In this document: positions 16,717-24,405 of the stretch, piece after piece
Layout of the letters: the number at the start of each line of letters is the position of its first letter
Numbering within the stretch: position 1 is the first letter of the stretch
Assembly (NCBI GenBank): GCA_964392865.1
Contig: CAYMRJ010000001.1
Location: forward strand, 7,037 to 71,036
Length of the DNA: 64,000 bases
Direction: 5' to 3'
Source: an uncultured Staphylococcaceae bacterium
GTDB lineage: Bacteria > Bacillota_I > Bacilli_A > RFN20 > CAG-826
Translations under genes and position numbers: made by a program
Notes under the pieces: model-generated
What the model saw: only the letters and a program-made list of their open reading frames with translations
The model's database searches: none
What the model was told of the DNA's origin: nothing

Positions 16717-17874
16717 CTAATTGATGGCGATGAGAGGACCCTGCTTCACCTCTTTGTAGCTGGGAGCATAGCCTTCGACATAGGGCCAGCCGTCGCTGGT
16801 CCAGATGAGTTTGTCGAGCATCAGCTTCCTGACCGAGAAGTTGTCATCGGCGACATAGGAATGGTAGAGAAGCCAATAATCCCCGGCATCGTCTTCGAAG
16901 ACCGAGCAATGGCCGGGCCCGGCGATTTCCTGGGTCGCGCCGCTGGCCAAGGCCGGAGTCTCGACGACGAGGCTACCGCAGTAGTCGTTGTTCGTAATTG
17001 TTCGGCCGAGGTAATCCGTGTATGGTCCGGCAATCGAAGTGGAGCGGGCCACGACGACCCGGTAATCGGAATCGATGCCAGAACAGCAGAATCCTTGGCT
17101 ACCGAAGTAATAGTAATAGCCGCCTTTCTTGATGATATAGGAGCCTTCAAAGCCCCCGGCGTTCCAGCTGTTCACGTATTCCCCGGCGATGAGGATCTTG
17201 TTCTCCTTTTGGTATTCGACACCATTGAGGAGGGCCGTTCCCGTTTCGTCTAGTTCAATGAGGGCGACCCCCTGGTAAGAGCCGATGGCCATATAGACCC
17301 GTCCGTCCTCGATGAAGATGCAGGGATCGATGGCGTTTTGGACTCCGATTTCCTCGCAGGTGAAGAGCTTCCCTTGGTCCTTGAAGGTTCCGCTGATGCT
17401 GCTGGAAGTGGCATAGCCGACCCCGATCGGGTTGTCCCAGCCGCTGAGGGAGTAGTAATAGATCCATTGGTCGCCGATCTTCACGGCATCGGGAGCCCAG
17501 ACGTTCGGGGTTTCCCCATCGGAATAGTCATCGCCCCAGGTCGGACGGTAGATGACCGGCTCCTTGTAGATGCTCCAATTGACGCAGTCGGTGCTCCTAA
17601 AGCATTTCCCGCCTCCGCTACCCGTCGTGAAGACGTAGAAATAGCCATCGTCTCCTTTGACGAAGGAGGGGTCCGGGGCCTCGTCATCGTAGGTCCAGCC
17701 GTAGATGTTGGTGACGTTCAAAGGATTCGAATAGGTTTCGTAACGGTAATTCCCGATGACCCCGCCGGAAAGGCTTTCGGTTTCCGTTTCCTCGGGATCG
17801 GTTGCGGAGACGCAGCTATAGAGCCCGATGGCAATAAGGCCGGCCAAAGGTATGAAGAAGAAACGCTCTTTCAT
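16717..17874 (-). CDS. Glycoside hydrolase family 43 lipoprotein
   Basis: Start moved to ATG 17874 (MKERFFFIPLAGLIAIGLYSC...). The track start at 17991 adds an Arg/Ser/Thr-rich tail that overlaps the upstream gene. GH43 blocks WAPDAVKIGDQWIYYYS and GPGHCSVFEDDAGDYWLLYHSY. Confidence 0.85.
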   Translation of the reverse strand: MKERFFFIPLAGLIAIGLYSCVSATDPEETETESLSGGVIGNYRYETYSNPLNVTNIYGWTYDDEAPDPSFVKGDDGYFYVFTTGSGGGKCFRSTDCVNWSIYKEPVIYRPTWGDDYSDGETPNVWAPDAVKIGDQWIYYYSLSGWDNPIGVGYATSSSISGTFKDQGKLFTCEEIGVQNAIDPCIFIEDGRVYMAIGSYQGVALIELDETGTALLNGVEYQKENKILIAGEYVNSWNAGGFEGSYIIKKGGYYYYFGSQGFCCSGIDSDYRVVVARSTSIAGPYTDYLGRTITNNDYCGSLVVETPALASGATQEIAGPGHCSVFEDDAGDYWLLYHSYVADDNFSVRKLMLDKLIWTSDGWPYVEGYAPSYKEVKQGPLIAIN

Positions 17875-17878
17875 TGCT

Positions 17879-18955
17879 TTAGTCGTCGGCCCATTCGGTG
17901 ATGACGTTTGGCTCCGCGATGGCAGCGAGGATTTCATCGACCTCCGTCTCGTCTTGGGTCGCGTAGTAGTTCCCGAAGCGGGCCGTGGCATTGAATTGGA
18001 AGAAACCGACGTTGCTAAGGTCTTCTGCCGTCATCAGGGATTCCAGGATATCGAACTCGCAGGCATAGGCCCCGTCGATGAACATGTAGTGGCGGCTGCC
18101 GTTTCTGGCCATCCCCATCTTGAAGGTGTCGTGGTAGGTGATGCTTTCCGACAAGACATAGGCAGCGTCGTTATGCCTTGCGGTGTCGTTCGTGATGCCA
18201 CTATTCCAGGCCCAGTCGTGCTCGCCGTCGACTTCGACGATGCCGAAGTTCGTCCAGTTGTAATTCCCGTTGGCCGTATAGGCATCGATGAAGATGTAGA
18301 TGCGGTTCCAGCTATCAGCCAAGCGGGAGAAGATCCCGAACTTTGAATAGGATTCCGAGGAACTGATGCTTTGGATCGTGATTTCCGTTTCGGCATACCA
18401 CTTGGTCGCTTCGATGCCCCGGACCATGATGTTGCCGGTCAAACCACGGCTGGTGACGTAAGGATTTTCCTCGTCGTTTTCGTGGGTCAGATCGTAATAA
18501 CTGTAGTTATCGGTTCTGGCGAAGAAGGTATCGATGACCTCAATTTCGAAGGTGTCGTAGATCTCGGGGCGCTTGACCGAAGAGATGCGGAAAGTCGCTT
18601 CTCCAAGGGCGATGGCGGTAAAGCCGTCTTCCCCTTCTTCGAAGTATTCGGCTCCCTCGTCGATCGTGACTTCGATTTCCCTCTCTTCATCGGAAAGGCC
18701 GAAGAGGGGGTCTAGGGTGTACCAGCCGCTGGAAACGGCGACCACTTCCCCGATTCCGACGGTCTGCTCCTTGTATTCATCGTCGATGGTGATGCTTTGG
18801 AGAACGCGTTCGCTGCTGGTGGTGGTTGCAGTGGTTCCGCCGGCGGTGTCGCTTGTCTCGGCGGTGCCGCTATCATCGGCCTCGCCTCCGCACCCGGCGA
18901 GAATCAAGCCGAGCGCCGCGAGAAGGGCGAATCCGAATGCTGGTTTCCTTTTCAT
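17879..18955 (-). CDS. Lipoprotein with Ig-like (Big_2-like) N-domain and lectin/LamG-like C-domain (tentative)
   Basis: Perfect lipobox LILAGC. GGAGG SD. Stop lies 4 nt before the GH43 ATG. Domain guesses are by eye only. Confidence 0.75.
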   Translation of the reverse strand: MKRKPAFGFALLAALGLILAGCGGEADDSGTAETSDTAGGTTATTTSSERVLQSITIDDEYKEQTVGIGEVVAVSSGWYTLDPLFGLSDEEREIEVTIDEGAEYFEEGEDGFTAIALGEATFRISSVKRPEIYDTFEIEVIDTFFARTDNYSYYDLTHENDEENPYVTSRGLTGNIMVRGIEATKWYAETEITIQSISSSESYSKFGIFSRLADSWNRIYIFIDAYTANGNYNWTNFGIVEVDGEHDWAWNSGITNDTARHNDAAYVLSESITYHDTFKMGMARNGSRHYMFIDGAYACEFDILESLMTAEDLSNVGFFQFNATARFGNYYATQDETEVDEILAAIAEPNVITEWADD

Positions 18956-19302
18956 ATGCCTAAACCTCCAAAAGAGACCTGCTCGGTTTCCTAAGGTTCT
19001 TCAGATCCATATGCGGAAACCGGGGTCGCTGGTTTCTGATGGGTCTTCCATCAGTTCCATGTTAAGAAAACCAAAAGCCCTGCCAAATCATCGGGAGCCA
19101 CACATTCATCAGAAAAAGCAACCTGGACGCTAATAGGTAATGACGTCAAAACTATCACATCAGGCTTTATAGGAGCATCGGATACACAACGGATTAAGCC
19201 TCTTAAGCCAATTGTTCTAGGCAGGGTCAAAAGTCTCTTTTTGGCGCAAATCAGCCATGTGTGGCGTTGAAAACCCCTAATCGTGCGTAATCATTTGCTC
19301 TT

Positions 19303-19575
19303 TTAGGCAAGGTTATAGTCCTCGCTATAGAGTTCGAGGTAATTGGACTTATTCAGCTTCATGTAACAATGGAAGTATTTCTTATACGATTCATCTTCTC
19401 CGGGGCAGAAGACCTTGCTGGCTTACTCGATGTGTTCTTCCTTGTCGTAGCACCACCTCCAAAATGAGACCGGGTCGAGATTGTCCAGAAAATGGATCAT
19501 GGCATACAGGCCCTGTTCCTCATCGAAATGGATGATCTTCCCCCAATTCAACTCACTTACGGCACCATCCAAGAC
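19303..19575 (-). pseudogene. Decayed gene remnant (no ATG; in-frame TAA at 19423-19425)
   Basis: One minus-strand frame reads VLDGAVSELNWGKIIHFDEEQGLYAMIHFLDNLDPVSFWRWCYDKEEHIE*ASKVFCPGEDESYKKYFHCYMKLNKSNYLELYSEDYNLA*. It is bounded upstream by TAG (19576-19578). Protein-like but interrupted, and lower in GC. Confidence 0.4.
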
Positions 19576-19602
19576 CTAAAGCGCGGCTAAGGGTTCCGAG
19601 AT

Positions 19603-19629
19603 ACAAAAAACCGATGCACCCGCATCGGT
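19603..19629 (-). terminator. Intrinsic terminator after tRNA-His
   Basis: ACCGATGC-gggt-GCATCGGT followed by TTTTTTGT on the minus strand. Confidence 0.7.
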
Positions 19630-19641
19630 TATCGTTCAATC

Positions 19642-19719
19642 TGGGGCGAATGATGGGAATCGAACCCATGCGTCATCGGTTCACAGCCGATTGTGTTAAA
19701 CCTCTTCACCACATTCGCC
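19642..19719 (-). tRNA. tRNA-His (anticodon GUG)
   Basis: Reverse complement GGCGAATGTGGTGAAGAGGTTTAACACAATCGGCTGTGAACCGATGACGCATGGGTTCGATTCCCATCATTCGCCCCA. Extra G-1 pairs with C73, anticodon loop CTGTGAA, encoded CCA. Confidence 0.9.
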
Positions 19720-19751
19720 GGCCCGGTAAGTTTAGACTTTCGACAATCCTT

Positions 19752-20270
19752 CTACAAGGCCGAAAAGGGTCGCCCGAGGAGGCTTTTTAGAACCGGAAGT
19801 TCCCTTCTTCTCACGAGATTGCCGATCGGCGTATCTTCTTGCCCTTCGTAAAGGGCGAGGGCCTCTTCCAAAGTAACGAAGATGGTCCTTTCTATGAGGA
19901 GGTCTCCCCTAGAAGAAATATGCTTCTCCCCTGCTTCTTTGAGTTCGAATAGATAAAAGGAAATGCGGTTTTCCTGATGGATGAGGTTATAGGCATCCCA
20001 GACTTCATAGAACTTCTCGCCGACGGAACCTTTCATGCCGAGTTCTTCTTCTATTTCGCGGATGAGGGCGGCTTCATCGCTTTCGCCTTCCTTGACTCCG
20101 CCTCCCGGCAATTCGTAGTAGCGGGCCTTCCCGAAGATATCGTCCCTGCTTACGACATGGAGGGCGATCTTCCCGTCTTTCCCGAAGCAGATCCCGCGGA
20201 CGGTGCGCCTAAGGCGGGCGAGGTCGCTTTTGGGGTAAAAGACATCTTCATAAAGGAGCGTTTTGGCCAT
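19752..20270 (-). CDS. NUDIX hydrolase
   Basis: Nudix box GGGVKEGESDEAALIREIEEELG. Confidence 0.85.
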   Translation of the reverse strand: MAKTLLYEDVFYPKSDLARLRRTVRGICFGKDGKIALHVVSRDDIFGKARYYELPGGGVKEGESDEAALIREIEEELGMKGSVGEKFYEVWDAYNLIHQENRISFYLFELKEAGEKHISSRGDLLIERTIFVTLEEALALYEGQEDTPIGNLVRRRELPVLKSLLGRPFSAL

Positions 20271-20354
20271 GGCTGAATTTTCTAGAATGGCAAATCTATA
20301 GACAAGCGATTTTGCTTTGTTAATGGAAGGCCTTGCGCCTATCTTATAGGCGTC

Positions 20355-21044
20355 ATGTGCCTACGCGACCGCCTCATCAGCCTCATATACCGTTCGGTCG
20401 CCTTGCCGATCCTCTTGGCCGTCTATATCGCGGTCCTCTTAACCTATCCGCTGGCGAGCGACACCTTCTGGGTCTTTTCGATAGAGTCCGGGGCCCTCGT
20501 CATCTTCGCTTTGGGCGTCAATCTCTACCATAGCGCCCATGACCTTAAAAGGACCGGCCGCGTCGGCGTTACCGGCTCTTTGAACATGCCTTTTTCCCTG
20601 GCGATAATCGCCTTTTCCTTCTTGGGGCTGATTTCCTTCTTCGCCGAAGAAAAGGCAGTCAATCTCTTCTACCTGATTTGGCTTGCGCTTCTCAATGTCT
20701 TGGCCCCTCTCCTGTACTTACTCGATTACCTCCTTTTCCAAGAAAAAGGATCGGGCCGATATTCCCACCCGGTCTATTGGAGCCTTTATCCGGCCGCCTA
20801 TATCCTCATCATGGTCGTAAAACCTTATATAACAGGCTACGACTCCCTATCGGGCTTCCGCTTCTTCTCCCCCATGAATTACATGCTGGAAGATAGCTTC
20901 CTGGCCGGAAACGGCGGCTATAACGGCGTGGCCATCGCCATCGCCGTCAGCCTCGCCGTCTACTTCGTCCTTGCTTATCTCGTTGTAATATTCGACCGCT
21001 TCCTGGGCCAAAGATTCGCGAAGAAAGACAAGAAGGTCTATTGA
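20355..21044 (+). CDS. Integral membrane protein (about 6 TM), unknown function
   Basis: ORF track. Hydrophobic segments throughout. No assignable motif. Confidence 0.75.
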   Translation: MCLRDRLISLIYRSVALPILLAVYIAVLLTYPLASDTFWVFSIESGALVIFALGVNLYHSAHDLKRTGRVGVTGSLNMPFSLAIIAFSFLGLISFFAEEKAVNLFYLIWLALLNVLAPLLYLLDYLLFQEKGSGRYSHPVYWSLYPAAYILIMVVKPYITGYDSLSGFRFFSPMNYMLEDSFLAGNGGYNGVAIAIAVSLAVYFVLAYLVVIFDRFLGQRFAKKDKKVY

Positions 21045-21412
21045 ATCCCGACGAGGGGAATGCCCTCGTTTACGAGATCGAGATATTCCTTGTCCCCGAA
21101 AGGCCCGAAGGCTACATAGGAAAAACCTTCTTCTTTGATTCCGACCGACCAAAACCTCAGGCCCTTCTTGGTGATGAAGGATCTAATTAGGTAAATATTC
21201 CCACACTTGCTGTAGCCATATTGCGGCAAAGCGATGATTTCCTTCATCTTCTCGAGGGCCGAGAGGTATCTCTCCGGATAGTATTCGATGAGTTTCCTGA
21301 GCTTAGGCTCCGTGATGGTGACGCTCGTGGAGCCCGAATAGGCTTTCCCGAGGCTCTTTTCGATTCTTCGGTTTACGCGGCCCAGCCGCAAAGCTTCCAT
21401 TTCCATATACAA
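21038..21412 (-). CDS. Hypothetical 124-aa protein
   Basis: ORF track. The layout (ITEPKLRKLIEYYPERYL...EIIALPQYGYSK..NIYLIRSF) is loosely reminiscent of small Barnase/EndoU/RelE-like (PBECR-type) domains. No catalytic His is evident. Speculative. Confidence 0.55.
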   Translation of the reverse strand: MYMEMEALRLGRVNRRIEKSLGKAYSGSTSVTITEPKLRKLIEYYPERYLSALEKMKEIIALPQYGYSKCGNIYLIRSFITKKGLRFWSVGIKEEGFSYVAFGPFGDKEYLDLVNEGIPLVGIQ

Positions 21413-21457
21413 ATGTAGGGAGGAAATGGCGAGTTGGTCCCTTTTTTCTATCGAAAA

Positions 21458-21919
21458 TCAGAGACTATTTGCAAAATCGGCTAGGTTATTGCCCCTGATG
21501 AGGCGTCCTTTTCTCCAGTTGAGATCGGGATAAACGGCTTTCAGATGTTCTTCCGAGCTTTCGATGCCGGAACTTCCGGAAGTCGCGAAGGGGATCATGT
21601 TCTTCCCTGCGAAGTCATGGCGGTCGAGGAATGTATCTATGATGCGCGGCTCCTTGTACCACCAAACCGGGAAGCCGATGAGGATGTTCTCATAAGGAGC
21701 GACATCGACGTCTCCGACATATTCCGGGCGGCAGGCTTCATCCTGCATCTCGATGCTGCTTCTTGAATGATCATCCCTCCAGTCGAGGTCGGCTCTTGTA
21801 TAGGGAGTCGAAGGGGCGATTTCGAAAAGATCGGCATTGAGCAATTTCGCAAGTTGCTCGGCAACCTTGGCTGTAGTGCCTTCGGCGGAAAAGTAAGCGA
21901 TGAGAGTTTTGCCTTCCAT
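21458..21919 (-). CDS. Flavodoxin family protein
   Basis: N-terminal KTLIAYFSAEGTT phosphate-binding loop. GGAGG lies 7 nt upstream, with TAATAT about 20 nt upstream. Confidence 0.85.
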   Translation of the reverse strand: MEGKTLIAYFSAEGTTAKVAEQLAKLLNADLFEIAPSTPYTRADLDWRDDHSRSSIEMQDEACRPEYVGDVDVAPYENILIGFPVWWYKEPRIIDTFLDRHDFAGKNMIPFATSGSSGIESSEEHLKAVYPDLNWRKGRLIRGNNLADFANSL

Positions 21920-22404
21920 ATGTATTCCTCCGATTTTGATATTAAACGAAGAAAAGGAAATATATCTATTCCATATAACAGGAGCATCCGATGCGAAACG
22001 GGATTAGGAGCGTGGAACCGAAAGATTAAACTTCAACTTTATTTTTCTTTAGGCCAAAGCATTTAAAGACACGTACTTCTGTTCTATGAGATTGAACTCC
22101 TTCCCTGCGCTTTCTTTCCCGCCGTTAGCCAATGGTTTCTCTGCCACCTGCATATCAGGATCCATAGCTGAACGCGCCTCCTTGCCTAATCTTCTCTTAA
22201 GAAGACAAATCAGGAGCATAAACAGGGCAGATAGATCGGATTGGTTTCCACTGGGTAGGCCGCTTCAGGCCTTCTGTTTGACGAAGCTATGTTCTTATGC
22301 ACGTCAATAAGACTATCGCTAAGGGGCTTAGGAAGGGTTTTCTAAGAGGTTTTAAGCAAACCTGTTTTGCTAAATTATTGTTCAAGGCAATGGCACCAAA
22401 CAGT

Positions 22405-22436
22405 AATAAAAAATCCGATGTTCTTCGACATCGGAT
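22405..22436 (-). terminator. Intrinsic terminator after tRNA-Glu
   Basis: ATCCGATG-tcgaagaa-CATCGGAT followed by TTTTTTATT on the minus strand. Confidence 0.7.
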
Positions 22437-22447
22437 GCGGATTGCTT

Positions 22448-22522
22448 TGGTGACCCAGCCGGGAATCGAACCCGGGATTCAACCTTGAGAGGGTTGCGTC
22501 TTAGCCGCTTGACCACAGGGCC
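22448..22522 (-). tRNA. tRNA-Glu (anticodon CUC)
   Basis: Reverse complement GGCCCTGTGGTCAAGCGGCTAAGACGCAACCCTCTCAAGGTTGAATCCCGGGTTCGATTCCCGGCTGGGTCACCA. Glu-type GGCCC...GGGUCACCA acceptor with the G2-U71 wobble, anticodon loop CTCTCAA, one U6-U67 mismatch. Confidence 0.85.
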
Positions 22523-22551
22523 GCGGAGCAATTTAAGCACCTGCCCGAGCG

Positions 22552-24198
22552 TTAATCAAGATTTAGGCGGGCGATGGTTCTCTCTTTGCCGAGGATCGAG
22601 ATGACCTCGTGGAGATTGGGCGAATTGCGGCTCCCGGTAATGGCGACCCTGAGGATCCCAGCGGCGTCGGCCATATTTCCCTTGTAGGCATCGGGATTGG
22701 CCTTGTATTCCTTGTTGGCCAAGGCAAAGCCGTTCTTCCCGGCGATTTCCTTGATGGAAGAGAACCAAGCGGTCTCATCGCCTTCGTAATCCATGCCTTC
22801 GCATTCCTTGAGGAAGCCTTTGACGAAGGCCTTATCGTACTTTTCGTCGAAAGGAAGGCCGGCCGCTTTCATCTTTTCGAACTCGTCATCGTAGAAGAAG
22901 CGGATGCTATTCTCGATATCGCTATACTTGGCATAGTCCTTCCTCGGATTCTGCCTTTCCTTTTCGATATCGATGCAGCGCGAGAAATATTCCGGATCCC
23001 TTTCGATCTTCTCGAGAAGGGTCGGCGAATAGGCCTTGGCCCAGGCTTTGATTTCTTCGACAAGGGGCATGCCCTTTTCGCGGGCCAAGACCTCGCGGCT
23101 GAAGTAATTGAGCTTATCGATATCGAACAAGGCCCCGTCGAGGCTCATCTTTTCGAAACTGAAATCGAAATGAGAGGTATCGTAATCGCCAGACTCCATC
23201 GTCCATTCCTCGAAATTGGAATTGGCGATGCTCATGAGATAGACCATGACGGCCTTGGGCGAATAGCCCTGTTCCTGGAAATAGCCGACGCTGGCTTCGG
23301 GATCCTTCCTCTTGGAAAGCTTCCGCTTGTTCCCGTGGTCGAGCTTCATGATGACCGGAAGATGGGCGTAGCGCGGAGACTCCCAGCCCATATCCTTGAA
23401 AAGCTGGAGATGGACCGGGGTCGAAGGAATCCATTCCTCGCCCCTGGATACGACGGTCGTGCCCATCAGATGGTCATCGACGACGTGGGCGAAGTGATAG
23501 GTCGGAAGGCCATCGCGCTTGAGGATGACGATATCCATGTCGTTGTCCTGGAGTTCGATCTTCCCGCGGATCAAATCGACGAAACTGGTTTTCTGGTTGT
23601 GGTCGCCTTCGCTCCGATAGCGGATGACCCAAGGCTCGCCGGCCTTCATCCTTTCGGCGACTTCGTCGAGAGGCAGGTTCCTATCGCGCGCGTAAATACC
23701 GTAATAACCGGGGAGGACGCGGCTGGCCTCCTGGGCTTCCTTGATCTTGGCCAGATCTTCGGGAGTCGCGAAGTCGACATAGGCCTTGCCCCTAAGAAGC
23801 AAGGATTTGACGGCGGCCTTGTAGATATCGGCCCTCAAGGACTGCCGGTAAGGTCCGTAGATCCCTTTGTCCCCTTCGGGGAACCAGCCTTCGTCCGGGA
23901 CGATCCCGAAGTTTATAAGCTGATCCAATAGTTCCTTGTCGCTTCCGGCAATCGTCCTTTTGGTATCGGTATCTTCGACCCGGAAGATGTAGACCCCGCC
24001 CGATTGCTTGGCGAGGCGGTAGGCGATCATGGCCGTGAAAAGAGATCCGGTATGGAGGAACCCGGTCGGCGAAGGAGCAAAGCGCGTAACCTGCGCTCCT
24101 AAGGGCAATTCCCTCTTCGGGAAACGCGCTTCGAGTTTCGATAAATCCGGGTCGATGCCGGGCAGTGCGAGTTCGGCGATGTCAGTTAGGCCAGTCAT
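22552..24198 (-). CDS. gltX: Glutamyl-tRNA synthetase
   Basis: RFAPSPTGFLHTGS (HIGH-type) and KLSKRK (KMSKS-type). VEDTDTKR block typical of GluRS rather than GlnRS. Confidence 0.9.
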   Translation of the reverse strand: MTGLTDIAELALPGIDPDLSKLEARFPKRELPLGAQVTRFAPSPTGFLHTGSLFTAMIAYRLAKQSGGVYIFRVEDTDTKRTIAGSDKELLDQLINFGIVPDEGWFPEGDKGIYGPYRQSLRADIYKAAVKSLLLRGKAYVDFATPEDLAKIKEAQEASRVLPGYYGIYARDRNLPLDEVAERMKAGEPWVIRYRSEGDHNQKTSFVDLIRGKIELQDNDMDIVILKRDGLPTYHFAHVVDDHLMGTTVVSRGEEWIPSTPVHLQLFKDMGWESPRYAHLPVIMKLDHGNKRKLSKRKDPEASVGYFQEQGYSPKAVMVYLMSIANSNFEEWTMESGDYDTSHFDFSFEKMSLDGALFDIDKLNYFSREVLAREKGMPLVEEIKAWAKAYSPTLLEKIERDPEYFSRCIDIEKERQNPRKDYAKYSDIENSIRFFYDDEFEKMKAAGLPFDEKYDKAFVKGFLKECEGMDYEGDETAWFSSIKEIAGKNGFALANKEYKANPDAYKGNMADAAGILRVAITGSRNSPNLHEVISILGKERTIARLNLD

Positions 24199-24245
24199 AA
24201 AAACAATCCTGCGTTATAATAAGGCCGGGAGCACTCCTAATCCAC

Positions 24246-24274
24246 TTGAACCGGAGGTTTGCTTCCCCTATAAT
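24246..24274 (+). promoter_or_regulatory. Sigma-70-type promoter for tRNA-Gly
   Basis: TTGAAC (24246-24251), 17-nt spacer, TATAAT (24269-24274). The tRNA begins 20 nt later. Confidence 0.6.
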
Positions 24275-24294
24275 GGCCGAGCCCTCAGGGCAAT

Positions 24295-24368
24295 GCAGGT
24301 GTAGTTCAATGGTAGAACATTACCTTGCCAAGGTAAATACGCGGGTCCGATTCCCGTCACTTGCTCCA
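24295..24368 (+). tRNA. tRNA-Gly (anticodon GCC)
   Basis: GCAGGTGTAGTTCAATGGTAGAACATTACCTTGCCAAGGTAAATACGCGGGTCCGATTCCCGTCACTTGCTCCA. Anticodon loop TTGCCAA, encoded CCA. Confidence 0.9.
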
Positions 24369-24405
24369 GTCACCATCACCGCCCCCTCGAGGGGCTTTGC
24401 TTTAT

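Noticed and set aside
17875-17991. N-terminal extensions in the longest-ORF calls: GH43 16717..17991, rsmD 45036..45761, rdgB 24361.., 42941.., 3816.., 28052..29824, 56512.., 46543...
   Set aside because: The extensions are Arg/Ser/Pro-rich or overlap upstream genes or tRNAs. Internal ATGs with SD, ATGA coupling or -10 context give N-termini matching the family consensus or a proper signal peptide.
18956-22447. An intact prophage or integrative element at the tRNA-His and tRNA-Glu loci.
   Set aside because: There are no integrase, recombinase, transposase or phage structural genes. I found no direct repeat of the tRNA 3' ends by eye. The genes between the two tRNAs (NUDIX, membrane protein, flavodoxin) look ordinary. 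Only eroded remnants are plausible.
22086-22488. Track ORFs 22086..22310 and 22297..22488 in the spacer next to tRNA-Glu. Also 2977..3225 and 3014..3217 over tRNA-Gln, and 24246..24431 over tRNA-Gly.
   Set aside because: They have no SD or promoter context and odd composition. They also overlap tRNA genes or their terminators.
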